Source: Macrostomum hystrix
Lineage: Eukaryota; Animalia; Platyhelminthes
Direction: 5' to 3'
Length of the DNA: 64,000 bases
Assembly (NCBI GenBank): GCA_950097015.1
Contig: CATNEN010000033.1
Location: forward strand, 1,240,001 to 1,304,000
The position numbers and the translations under genes are program-made. The notes beneath the pieces were generated by a model. That model was given only the letters and a program-made list of their open reading frames with translations, was not told the origin of the DNA and did no database searches. Positions 1 through 31,082 of the stretch are shown piece after piece. Position 1 is the first letter of the stretch. The number at the start of each line of letters is the position of its first letter.

Positions 1-235
1 TGGTACTAACAGCTGTACACAGAGTTGGTACTGACAGCTGTACACAGAGTTGGTACTGACAGCTGTACACAGGGTTGTTACTGACAGCTGTACACAGAGT
101 TGGTACTGACAGCTGTACACAGAGTTGGTACTAACAGCTGTACACAGAGTTGGTACTGACAGCTGTACACAGGGTTGGTACTGACAGCTGTACACAGAGT
201 TGGTACTGACAGCTGTACACAGAGTTGGTACTAAG
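1..235. repeat. 25-bp minisatellite TGGTACTGACAGCTGTACACAGAGT (extends off the left edge)
   Basis: Period 25, about 9 copies. Confidence 0.95.
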
Positions 236-971
236 AGCTGAAAATTGACTGTAAGTCGCACAGATTCCATAGGCGAAGAGAGCGTCAAAGTTTCTAACAA
301 CAAAAAGCTAGCTGAAAACGATATCCTTCTCGACTGATAAAGCCCAGTGACGGAGCGAGTGGTCTCAGAGTTGACCTGCATCTTCTTTGAGCTCGGCCGC
401 ACAGCTGAGTCGGAAATGGGAGCGGGCTGAGTGTGTGAAGTCGGGCAGTCGGGGGATCTCCTGACACTCCCGCTGTGCATTTCCTAAGATGCAAATCAAG
501 CGTGCCTGAAGCCCATTATGCAATCATTGCTGCTTACGGCTGGGCAGGTTCTTTTGGGGACGCCGGGGAAAGGGGATCTTTAACGAAAGTGGGAAGAGAG
601 TTTGAGGCTGGCTAGATAGGAATGAGGATTGAAGGTGGGGAGGGTAAGTCTGCTGCTGCTGCTGCTCTCGGACTCGAGTTGCGTAATTGATAAACGAGGT
701 CTTTCCACGTTTCGGGAGCTGCTTACCGACCTTCCCCTCCCCAGTTCCTTGGCCTACCGGCTCAAATCACTGGCGCTAGTGCGTGCGAGGTGAGTCTAAA
801 AGCATGACAGATAATGAGACAACAGTAATAGAGACACGTCAGTGGCTGGTACAGATTAAGGAGCTAGATAGTGAAACAGAAGGGGCTTGAGTAAAACACA
901 GAGAAAATTAATGCTCACATCTGAATAATGGTGGACAGATGACTAGTGGCTGTGTGGGTAAAATGTGATGA

Positions 972-1107
972 CGCAAATCGCATGACAAGCCCCCCAAGCC
1001 TTCTCTCCGCGGCTGCGGCACAAATGAATGTGGCCTCGCCGCGGAATCGAGTTCAGGGACCTTGGTGAGAGAGGCAGACGCGTTAGACCGCTCTGCCACT
1101 CACCCTC
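972..1107 (-). mobile_element. tRNA-headed SINE-like element (family A), 5' part
   Basis: Minus strand GGTGAGTGGCAGAGCGGTCTAACGCG (A box) ..CACCAAGGTCCCTGAACTCGATTCC (B-box-like); continues GCAGCCGCGGAGAGAAGGCTTGGGGGCTTGTCATGCGATTT, which matches the copy at about 63955-64000. Confidence 0.7.
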
Positions 1108-1127
1108 GGTGAATAGAGGCGAGTAAA

Positions 1128-1285
1128 TTTGGATAGAGGTGGATAGAGGTGGATAAAGGTGGATAAAGGTGGATAGAGATGGATAGAGGTGGATAGAGGT
1201 GGATAGAGGTTGATAGAGGTGGGTAGAGGGTTTCGGATTTGGATCAGCTATCAGCCGCAGAAGTCCAACAATTCCCTCACATGAC
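1128..1285. repeat. Dispersed repeat: (GGATAGAGGT)n plus a unique tail, copy 1
   Basis: 10-bp tandem units followed by CAGCTATCAGCCGCAGAAGTCCAACAATTCCCTCACATGAC; second copy at 14179-14300. Confidence 0.8.
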
Positions 1286-3373
1286 AAGGGTCAGTTTATC
1301 CAGTTCTTTGGGGATACTTTTGCCCTAGCCAAGTATCCCCGCTCCCAGTGCTTCACCTATTTGGACTCCAACGCAGTTCAGCAGGGGGGGGGCATGATTG
1401 CCTCCGCTATCCAGAAGTCAAGCGGCAGGCTCTCCTGGCCTGAAGATGAAAGCTGTGGCCCCGCCAGCAAATTGGATGAATTATCGATCCAATCTCTTTG
1501 TCGAGTGGCCCAGCAACCAAACCCGCCAGTCCCTGAGAGTTTGTTGCTGTCCGGAGTCATCTCACTGAGCAGGGTGGGGTGGGCGCTGAGGCAAAAATGA
1601 GATTATTCCCCTTCTCCCACTGATTACACACAAGAAAGTATACACACACACCGATTGAGCTGGGTGCATTCTGAAAGCTGGCGCCTCGCCCTGGTCCTTC
1701 TCTTTCACTCTGTCAGGGCGATCCTTCTGCGCCACTGAAATCTTCTTTCACGTTTGGGCCAGAAACAATCGATTCTTGCTGTGTCTAGCTAGCCTTGGCT
1801 TATTATTAATTAGATGGACCCTGGCGGGCACTGTTGTTCCTAAGGATGGTAATCCTGTCTCGCTCGCTTCTGCATTATATGAAGATTATATGGGTGTGAA
1901 AGGAGGTGGGGTTGGCTAACCAAAGGGAAGGGGGACAGGCGATCGATAACTAACGGCCGCTAGAGAGTGTACACTACCCGATAAGGCGAAAGACAGAGCA
2001 AATGTACACCCTGCGGGTGCGTGCCTGCGTTCGGTGTCTGTGTGTCCGTCTAATTAGTTTTATTTACTTTCTTGACGACAGTTAAAATAAATAATAAAAA
2101 AATTGTTAGAACAAAGACCACGAGAGTAGGACAAATAATACAAAAAAGACACATCTAGAAACACTGGGAAATTTTTTGCACGGCACATTTTCATATCGCC
2201 AACCCTCTACGGCGATCAATTCACATTTTCGTGTCTGGCGGCCTCCCTCTCAGCTTTATCGACGAGCTCAACGCCAAACTTCCCTGACAACCGGCTACCA
2301 TAAGGAAACCAATGATCCAGGGGCTCTCCCTGATCCCCATTTGCCCCAAGGCGGCAGTTGGGGAACCCCAGTGCCGGGAGTCTCAGCATGAATTCCTGGA
2401 GCAAAGGTGACCGCCGTTATTGCTAGGCCAGACTCCAGCTGTCTGGGGGTAGGGGTTATTTGCATCGCCAGCCCCATCAGGCAATCTAATAACACCCTCC
2501 TGCAAATAAGGCGCCCGAGGCACCGCACGCGATACCCGCCTCACCCCTCACCTGGTTCCGGGCCGCCTGAGTCAGAGAAATCACTGCCGACTCCTGCGGG
2601 GGGGGGAGAAAAGACCAGCCGAAGGACGGGACTCGCTGCTCAACATTTGCTCAGCAGCGGTCCATCATAATGGGATACTTCTCCCAAAACAGCACTCTCC
2701 CAGCTAGAATGAAAGCGGATTTAAGCCCATTCGGCTGGGGATGCAGCTCCCACTGCTCCAGTAATCCTTCTCTCCTTCCCCTGGGGTTCTGAGCTGGGGG
2801 AAAATCCCTCGGAATTCAAAGAGGTCGAACTGAAAGACTCGACCAGAGCGAGAAGGCGAATTTGTGGCTTGACAAATCTTGTCCCTGTCTCTCTGCCCTT
2901 CTGTCTCTTCTTTTCTCAGCTGTCCATCTCCGTATCTGATGCAATCAGCTCCATCACTGGCGCAGCTTAAACCCCCCTCAATTAACTGATGTGCCTCCCC
3001 TAACAGGACCAAAATAAGTTGGCAAAACAGGGGATTGCCGCTGCGATTGGGGGTCAAGGCGGCACAGACACGCCATCGCCCAGCGGGTTATTATTCCTCG
3101 TCAGCTTGCGGAATCCGTCAGATCGCAAATGTTCCACCGGATTATCGCATTGTGCTGGATTTGAATTGGCGGCCTCAATTGGCCCTGTCACTTCCTTGCA
3201 TGTGACCGGCCACGCGAAGCTCCACTCCAGGCAGCACCTGGCTGCAGCTTGCCTGCGCTGAAAAAATGTCGTGTTCTAAAGCAGCTTAGCTTGTAACTTT
3301 AGCGCGAATCCTGTTAAAGCAAACAAAACACACGAATGAGAAACCTCCTGATTATATTGACGGACGCAGCACA

Positions 3374-3785
3374 GTGACCAACTGCTGGGAGTGACCAACT
3401 GCTGGGAGTGACCAACTGCTGGGAGTGACCAACTACTGGGAGTGACCAGCTGATGGTAGTGACCATCTGCTGGGAGTGACCAACTGCTGGGAGTGACCAA
3501 CTGCTGGGAGTGACCAACTGCTGGGAGGGACCAACTGATGGGAGTGACCAACTGATGGGAGTGACCAACTGCTGGGAGTGACCAGCTGATGGGAGTGACC
3601 ACCTGGTGGGAGTGACCAACTGGTGGGAGTGACCAACTGATGGGACTGACCAACTGAAGGGAGTGACCAACTGAAGGGACTGACCAACTGAAGGGAGTGA
3701 CCAACTGAAGGGACTGACCAACTGATGGGAGTGACCAACTGGTGGGAGTGACCAACTGATGGTAGTGATCAACTTATGGGAGTGA
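3374..3785. repeat. 17-bp minisatellite GTGACCAACTGCTGGGA
   Basis: Period 17, about 24 copies; ends about 20 bp before the CUB exon acceptor at 3807. Confidence 0.95.
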
Positions 3786-3807
3786 TATCTCTGTTTCCGT
3801 CTCCCAG

Positions 3808-23519
<19,712 letters not shown>

Positions 23520-23764
23520 GTACGAAACGGCAGCCGGCACCATGGAGGCTACGCACATTCGCACAGCACGTCGACTCTTACTCGGGAAAAGATGCAGAAG
23601 ATCTCTATAGTATAAGCCGTGTCTCGTACTTTTTATCTAAAATGGTCATTCTCTTGCCAACAAATGCAGCAGTCTGTATTCTGTGTCGAAACAGCTATTT
23701 GCCCATAAATCTAGTCCTTTAGTTATCGACAAGTAACCCCTTCTAATGGCATTGATGTAATTTC

Positions 23765-23975
23765 ACCCCCATTGGCTCGCCTTCCTCTCGCTGATCCACC
23801 CAGTCTGCGACTCTAACCTTTTCTTGCTTCCTCATTGGCTGGCTTTCCTCTGCACAGATTCATCCAGTCTTTGACTCTAACCCTTTCTCGCTTCCCTCAT
23901 TGGTTGGCATTCTTCTGCACAGATCCACCTTCTGCACAGAATCGCTAACCTTGTCTTGTTCCCTCATTGGCTGCA
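23765..23975. repeat. Degenerate approximately 70-bp tandem repeat (CATTGGCT..CACAGATCCA..CTAACC)
   Basis: 3-4 diverged units. Confidence 0.6.
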
Positions 23976-25219
23976 AGGCGATAAGGTAGGTGACTATGCA
24001 TGCCATTTAATGTCCTCATTTAGTGCAAATTTTCGCTTTTTTAATTGTATTGAATATTTAAATCTATTTGATGAATCACGCGAAGGTTCAGAATTTCTTA
24101 TGCCATTTGCACTTTCCTTATTCAATACTGAGTACTGTGTTAGAAAATGTGTTTATCGAGCTTTTCATCCTACTTTAAGTAGGCGTCTTTGCATATGTTC
24201 AGTCGAACGCCAGCTGCATTTAATTGTTTCGTCATATGTAGTTGACCAATTCATTTGAATTACTTAGTTTTTTGCTAGCCTCTTTCTGCTTGCGAGGGGC
24301 AGAATCATCTAATATAGATAATTCGATCGTACCATTTTTGGCATTTTCATTGTTGTATCTAAAAATAATAATTGACAACTAATACCCAAAATTTCATACA
24401 ATTTAGAGTACTTTCTGCATGGCGCTGCCGAATCAGTGTGTAAGCCTCTCGTGGCAAATGCTCAATATCATTTTTTCTTGCTCTTAACAATTAGCAATCT
24501 GTGCTTTATGACTAGGTACTTATAGTTTCAGCATATTTTCGTAGCTCGAATTTTTTGCACAAAGTAGTAGTGGAAATAGAAAAGTATATAAATGGGCGAA
24601 CTAAACTCTAATCAAGGTTGTGTACATGATGTTAGTTTATTAGTTACGCATCAGTGCGCAATAACTTGTCATTTCACTCGCAGATATACCCGAAACACAT
24701 TTCAAAACCAATAGTTAAATATAGGTTTCCTTGAGTGCACTGTACCTCGTATTTAATGCCCTTTGTAGGACCAAAATTAATTTTAAAAGTACATTAGGGA
24801 GATGGCTGATACCTGTTTGTCTTCTAGCAAATTCATTCTTTGGGAATCCAGTGAGACAGTCGCAACAATGATTTCGTTTTTTCTGTATCTCCTAAAATAT
24901 TAAACCAATCACCATGAAAATCCAGAATACGTGCTAACATTTCCCACTCTACCCTTTGGAATCACAAAACAACTGCATCATCGAGATATTCAACGGTTCT
25001 CATCGGGGTGTTACTTTTGACCCAATATTTATTCGCCATATAGGTTTATATTGAGCAATGTCAGCTGTCCTTGTCACCAGGGTCTTCGACAAGAATCGCT
25101 GAATATCTCGACTATGCTGACGTCGGGCGGCTTTGATAGTTAGTTCATCGTGAAGGGCGGAACAGTGTTATCGATATGCTGGATTTTCACGAAAATCGGT
25201 CATTCGGTTTGGGAGCTAT

Positions 25220-25452
25220 CGTGAAGTAGGCAGAGAAGTAGGCAGTGAAGTAGGCAGTGAAGTAGGCAGTGAAGTAGGCAGTGAAGTAGGCAGTGAAGTA
25301 GGCAGTGAAGTAGGCAGTGAAGTAGGCAGAGAAGTAGGCAGAGAAGTAGGCAGTGAAGTAGGCAGTGAAGTAGGCAGTGAAGTAGGCAGAGAAGTAGGCA
25401 GTGAAGTAGGCAGAGAAGTAGGCAGTGAAGTAGGCAGTGAAGTAGGCAGTGC
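25220..25452. repeat. 12-bp minisatellite GAAGTAGGCAGT
   Basis: Period 12. Confidence 0.95.
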
Positions 25453-26095
25453 AGTTGGCAGTGGGTAATTGAAATGCCCCCCTGGTCTTCACCCAGTTGT
25501 AAACCCAGCGGGTCTTTCTATTGTTAACGGACTGAACAGTAGATAGAGCACGGTATAGGAGAGTATTGTGTTCTCCAGTGTTATGGAGCATCGGTTTCTA
25601 AGTGAAGTGAGAGATCGCGGGTTCCAACTTCCTACTACTGCGAGTAGTGTCCTTGTATTTCCCATTGCCACAGAGACATTGGGGAGGTCTGTGAGGCCTG
25701 CATCTGTTCAGTGCCTTGCCACCCTGAGCTCAGTGCTCGCTAGAAATTCGTGAATGGGACCGCGGCATTCACATTTTTCCTTCACTAAATAGATCTAGTT
25801 TATATTGAATTGGCTGAACTTTCCTCTCATATTGTAATTCAATTTGCACGTTTGTCTCAGCGTTGCAGTTTATATGGGCTTGCTTGAAACAACAAGTAAT
25901 CCTTCTAACCCTGACTTAACTTTTCCTCTTGTAAACAATAAACCTGACTTACCTTTCAATTAGAAGAGAAACGTTTTGGGCATGTTGGCTTCCTGTCTTT
26001 TATACATTTATTAGCTCCCCGAGATGAAACTTTTAGAGAAAAAAATAGACCTAATTTACGCTCGTACATTACCGATTTTTTAAGAGCTTCGAACA

Positions 26096-27190
26096 TGTAG
26101 CCAACCACCTCACGCCTCCTCATTCTCTTTCCATAACCTTGTAGCCAACCACCTCACGCCTCCTCATTCTCTTTCCATAACCTTGTAGCCAACCACCTCA
26201 CACCTCCTCATTCTCTTTCCATAACCTTGTAGCCAACCACCTCACAGCCTCCTCATTCTCTTTCCATAACCTTGTAGCCAACCACCTCACACCTCCCCAT
26301 TCTCTTTCCATAACCTTGTAGCCAACCACCTCACACCTCCTCATTCTCTTTCCATAACCTTGTAGCCAACCACCTCACGCCTCCTCATTCTCTTTCCATA
26401 ACCTTGTAGCCAACCACCTCACACCTCCTCGTTCTCTTTCCATAACCTTGTAGCCAACCACCTCACACCTCCTCATTCTCTTTCCATAACCTTGTAGCCA
26501 ACCACCTCACACCTCCTCATTCTCTTTCCATAACCTTGTAGCCAACCACCTCACACCTCCTCATTCTCTTTCCATAACCTTGTAGCCAACCACCTCACAC
26601 CTCCTCATTCTCTTTCCATAACCTTGTAGCCAACCACCTCACACCTCCTCATTCTCTTTCCATAACCTTGTAGCCAACCACCTCACACCTCCTCATTCTA
26701 ATTCCATAACCTTGTAGCCAACCACCTCACACCTCCTCATTCTCTTTCCATAACCTTGTAGCCAACCACCTCACACCTCCTCATTCTCTTTCCATAACCT
26801 TGTAGCCAACCACCTCACACCTCCTCATTCTCTTTCCATAACCTTGTAGCCAACCACCTCACACCTCCTCATTCTCTTTCCATAACCATGTAGCCAATCA
26901 CCCACGCCCCCTCATTCTCTTTCCATAACCTTGTAGCCAACCACCTCACACCTCCTCATTCTCTTTCCATAACCTTGTAGCCAACCACCTCACACCTCCT
27001 CATTCTCTTTCCATAACCTTGTAGCCAACCACCTCACACCTCCTCATTCTCTTTCCATAACCTTGTAGCCAACCACCTCACACCTCCTCATTCTCTTTCC
27101 ATAACCTTGTAGCCAACCACCTCACGCCTCCTCATTCTCTTTCCTCGACCATGTAGCCAATCACCCACGCCCCCTCATTCTCTTTCCTCA
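26096..27190. repeat. 44-bp minisatellite CTTGTAGCCAACCACCTCACACCTCCTCATTCTCTTTCCATAAC
   Basis: Period 44, about 25 copies. Confidence 0.97.
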
Positions 27191-27981
27191 ACCCAGTCGG
27201 CAGCCACCTCACACCCGCTCTTCCAAAACACCACGTACCAAACTTCCCGAAGGCATACAAAATAGTATTATAGACAAAAATAGAATAGACAAAACAGAAG
27301 CTTTTATTTTTTATAATAGAAAATTTATCAGCCATTCACTCAGCAGTATTATATAGTGACGTTATACTTCTTTTTACGAATAAAAAACTTTAAAAGTACA
27401 ATGATGGCATTCCTAGCATACACTGAACCTCCCAAAACTACTAGTCACACAGACAAGTTTGGAACATTGAAGCGAAAGAATTAGGGGTTAAAACGATATT
27501 AATATTTTTGTCAATCTTGTGGTTGTGCAATATTGTGGTTGAATTTGGAAACAAAAAACTTATTAAAATATTACAGAGAGTAGAAGAAAAAAGAAAATTA
27601 AGGAACAAGTAGGTACACAGACTATATGATCTAAGGCAATTCTTTCTGAAACCGCAATTATTTAGCAGACTTCTGCTGTTTTATTTTGCTCCATAGTTCA
27701 CATTATTTAAGAAAAGTAAGAACAACAGAAGAAAGAAAAAAACTGATATTTGGGAAACAAAAAATAGTCAGATTCCAGCTCGGAGGAAAATGGGGCAAAA
27801 TGAAAAGTTCCTCACTAGATCCTAGCTTGTGTACGCCAACATGAAAACCCAAGCAAAGTAAGCTTTCAACAACAATCAGATTTTCGGGTTAAATTTGTGT
27901 TGCTAGGCAGGTAAGCAGTGCTAATTCAGCGAGTCAAAGCCACCACGAGTTGTTCTCTTCTTTCAAGGTGCGAGGGCCCGC

Positions 27982-30238
27982 TCAGCTGTTCTGGTAGCCC
28001 TGCAGCTTGAGTGTGGTGGGGTAGCGGTCCCTGTGCGGCACGCACTTGTCCTTGTCAATGAAGATGGAATTCTTCTTCATCTGTATCTCCTTCTCCAACG
28101 CCATGCGGGTGTCCATGAGGTCCTTGAGCTGGTTCTCGCTCACGGTCAGCTGCTGTGCCAGGACGTCCATGCTGCTGGACAGGTCCTGCACCTCGCCGAT
28201 AAGGCTGCATTGCGAGGGGAGAGGGATAAATGTTTGTCAAATCTGAAGACGGGTTATCAAGGGTTGGTGAGTGGCAGAGCGGTTAAGTCGTTCGCCTCTC
28301 GCACCAAGGTCCCTGCTCGTAGAGCGAACACAAGGACCACTAGGAGTAGAAGTATGAAAAACTACGTCTGTATACTATTTTGTTCATTTCGTCTATATTA
28401 ATATATAAGATTCTACAGGGTCTAAGATTACAGTAATAAAAAGTGATACTGCTAGTGCCTGGGGAATAATTTTAGAATATATATAGCTAGTTTCCAAGTG
28501 CTTTAAAGCTTTAAAGCTTAAAGCTCAATGTAATTCTCACAAAAAAGCTTGACAGAAATCGATGAAGCTATAAATAAAAAACTAATATTAAAATATACGA
28601 GCGTAAGACTATGATCCACTTTCAAACAACAAAGTCATGAATTTGAAAATTCCCTAGTTTCCCATCCTTGAGCATTATACACTGTCTGATAATAAAAAAG
28701 TCAGGGCAGTTGCACACACCTACAGGTAATACGCGAGCGTGCTCAGGAGTCAGCGGTATAAGCAGAGTTGCTCACAGGCCCCCTACAAATATCACTTTTA
28801 TGAGTTACTCAGCAGCCTCTCCTACATTAGCCCTGAAATCCAAGAGCGCCACTCACTTGTACTGCGCCGGGTCCCTGCACAGATCGACGTTGGGTCTCGA
28901 TTGACGATTGTAAAGCCGGGTCTGGGCCACCTTCAGCGGGTCGTCCTTCGCCTTGATGGCCGCCCGCAGGTCTTCAATGTTCTTCTCCTGCTGGCTGATC
29001 TCGTCGCATGTCTGCAGTGAAGAGGCGAAGCATTATTTTGATTGATATTCGAAACAATGCACGCCTTTTGTTGCACGCCTGTCGTTAAAGTACAGAACAA
29101 CGCATGCGTACCTTCTTGAGGTTGTCCTCCTAGCTTGGCCTTAGCGTCGATGAGCTCTTCGATGCGCCGCTGGAAGGCCACCTCCACAATGTCCGCCTGC
29201 TCGCGCATGTCGCGCTGATGTGTCCACCAGAATGTTGTCGATCAGCTGGCGCAGCTGCTGGCTCGCCATGCGCTCGTGCTCGGCGCGCACAATGTTGTCG
29301 TGCGAGTTCTGCGCCCAGGACTCCGGCGTCGACTGGATCTCCTGGAAGCGGGCGACGCCGGCGTGGAACTGCTTGTTGGTGTCGCCGTTGCGCAGGTTGG
29401 CGCACACTGCGTCAATCTCGTCGGCCTCCTTCTTGTCGCTCCAGTCCATCTCCAGGCTCTCCTTGGCAGCGCGGTTCAGCCTGCAGAAGGTAACGGCAAG
29501 CGAATTGGCACTCATTAACACTTTCTTCTTCCAGTGCATTTTTTACTCCGTTTCCTTTTTTAAGATGCGTTGCAGTTTGACAGATTCAATAGTTGACTCA
29601 CTTGATCTGCTTGTCCGACTGCTCAATAGTCCGCTTGAGCAGGTCCTGCACCTTGTTGATGATGTCAACTTCCTGTTAATGTTGATGATAATTTAGGTTA
29701 ATTATAATTCAATACAACTCGTGCACCCACAGAAAAGAACGCAGCTGACCTTGAGCAGGCCAAGCTCAACGTCGTCCTCGACCAGGTCGACACCGTAGCG
29801 TCGTCGTCGGCAATTGAGGTTGTCAGTGGCAATGTGCAGCGGGATCTCCGTGGCCATCAGCGCATTCTCCAGGCGCACCTTCTGCGCACAAAGCAGGTCG
29901 GTCTCATCCAGGACATCCTGGATCTCGCGCTCCAGCTCGGTCTTCCAGAAGTTGATGTCATGAAGACGCTCCTTCAGCTTCTTGGTGCTCTGCGCCTGAT
30001 TCTTCTGAGTGAGGGCCTCCGTCTCCTTGATCAGCGCATTGGTGTCGTTGCGCACCTTCTGCGAATTCTCACGGTCCACGAAGCTCTGGTAGTACTTCTG
30101 GTAGTTGCTGTCGTGCCATTCACCGGGATTGCGCTTGGCGCTGCGGAATCCGACGGTGCTGATGCCCATCGTGTTGCCGGTGTTGCCCCGGTAGCTCAAA
30201 GATTCCATTGTAGCTTCCTTGCTCATTTCTCCTGGCAT
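27982..30238 (-). CDS. TEKT4: Tektin-4-like axonemal filament protein; 5 coding exons; two +1 frameshifts in exon 3
   Basis: Exons 30238-29750, 29672-29602, 29480-29112, 29011-28857, 28204-27982 are phase-compatible after removing one base near 29215 and one near 29130. Tektin signature RPNVDLCRD; RLHDINFWKTEL; DWSDKKEA; C-terminus FIDKDKCVPHRDRYPTTLKLQGYQ resembles the TEKT4 ending. Confidence 0.9.
28263..28770 (+). mobile_element. SINE-like family A head (28263-28320) and body (28677-28770) separated by about 350 bp of AT-rich DNA, in tektin intron 4
   Basis: GGTGAGTGGCAGAGCGGTTAAGTCGTTCGCCTCTCGCACCAAGGTCCCTG, and CACTGTCTGATAATAAAAAAGTCAGGGCAG..GTGCTCAGGAGTCAGCG. Confidence 0.6.
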
Positions 30239-31068
30239 AATATCAGTTGGCTGACTTATTTATCTGTAAGAAAGTTATGTACATTTATTTAAAGAACTGT
30301 ACTCAGACAGCAAGCGCATGTAACCAGGGTTTTGTCTCTTTGGCTTCTGAAGGTTTGTTGTGAAACCTTCCAAAAGCTTCATACACTTCTCTTCGGCAAA
30401 AACGAAACTTTCGATAAAATCACATTAACAAATATCTGCCATGAGGATTATCAGCAAGCTAATTAAACACCTAAAACTTGTTAAAAATCACTTAAAACGA
30501 AGCAAGAATTACACTACTAAGACGATACGACATATTTAAAAGAAATCGATAGGCAAGAAAGCAATAGAAGGCAAAAAATGCAATTTAATTATAGATTTTC
30601 CCAACTGTATAAAATTTCATAGATTAAAATCATTTGACTAAATTGTCTTAAAAGGCATGACATGATTAGATGGAAGTAGGGAACCTTTTTTAAAGAGCCT
30701 TAAGAGGCTCACTTGGGGCTAATTTAGGGGCTATTCAAACTAATTTGTGTGTTCTCATTATAGCTCTTAATAGCTATTTGTAAAAAATGGACAACAGAGA
30801 AAACTTTGCATATTTAGTAAGACTAATAGTTACTCTTGTTTTTTAATTTGCACACTTATCTGCCGTTTAAAGCATTTGCTCTAAATGACAAGCGGCATCT
30901 TTGCTCTATGGTTAAAATGGAGATACAATTATAAATGATTAGCTAGCTAATTCACGCGAATGGCCAGTCAATGACAATAAATATAATAAAATATTAAGTT
31001 ACACGGTTCGTAGCAAATATCAAGTAAAAAAGACGACGCCGAAACTTTCAAACAAACGGTTGCAGCGT

Positions 31069-31082
31069 GTTGCCATGGCGCA
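31069..31082. promoter_or_regulatory. Imperfect RFX X-box upstream of tektin
   Basis: GTTGCCATGGCGCA versus consensus GTTGCCATGGCAAC, about 830 bp upstream of the tektin ATG. Confidence 0.3.

Noticed and set aside
1035-1107. tRNA gene
   Set aside because: It has A and B-like boxes, but the anticodon and acceptor stems do not pair and it continues into a dispersed repeat body, so it is treated as a SINE head.
2176-3260. First exon of the CUB gene or a retroelement ORF
   Set aside because: GC-rich, but I found no signal-peptide exon with a phase-1 donor and no RT, endonuclease or gag motifs.
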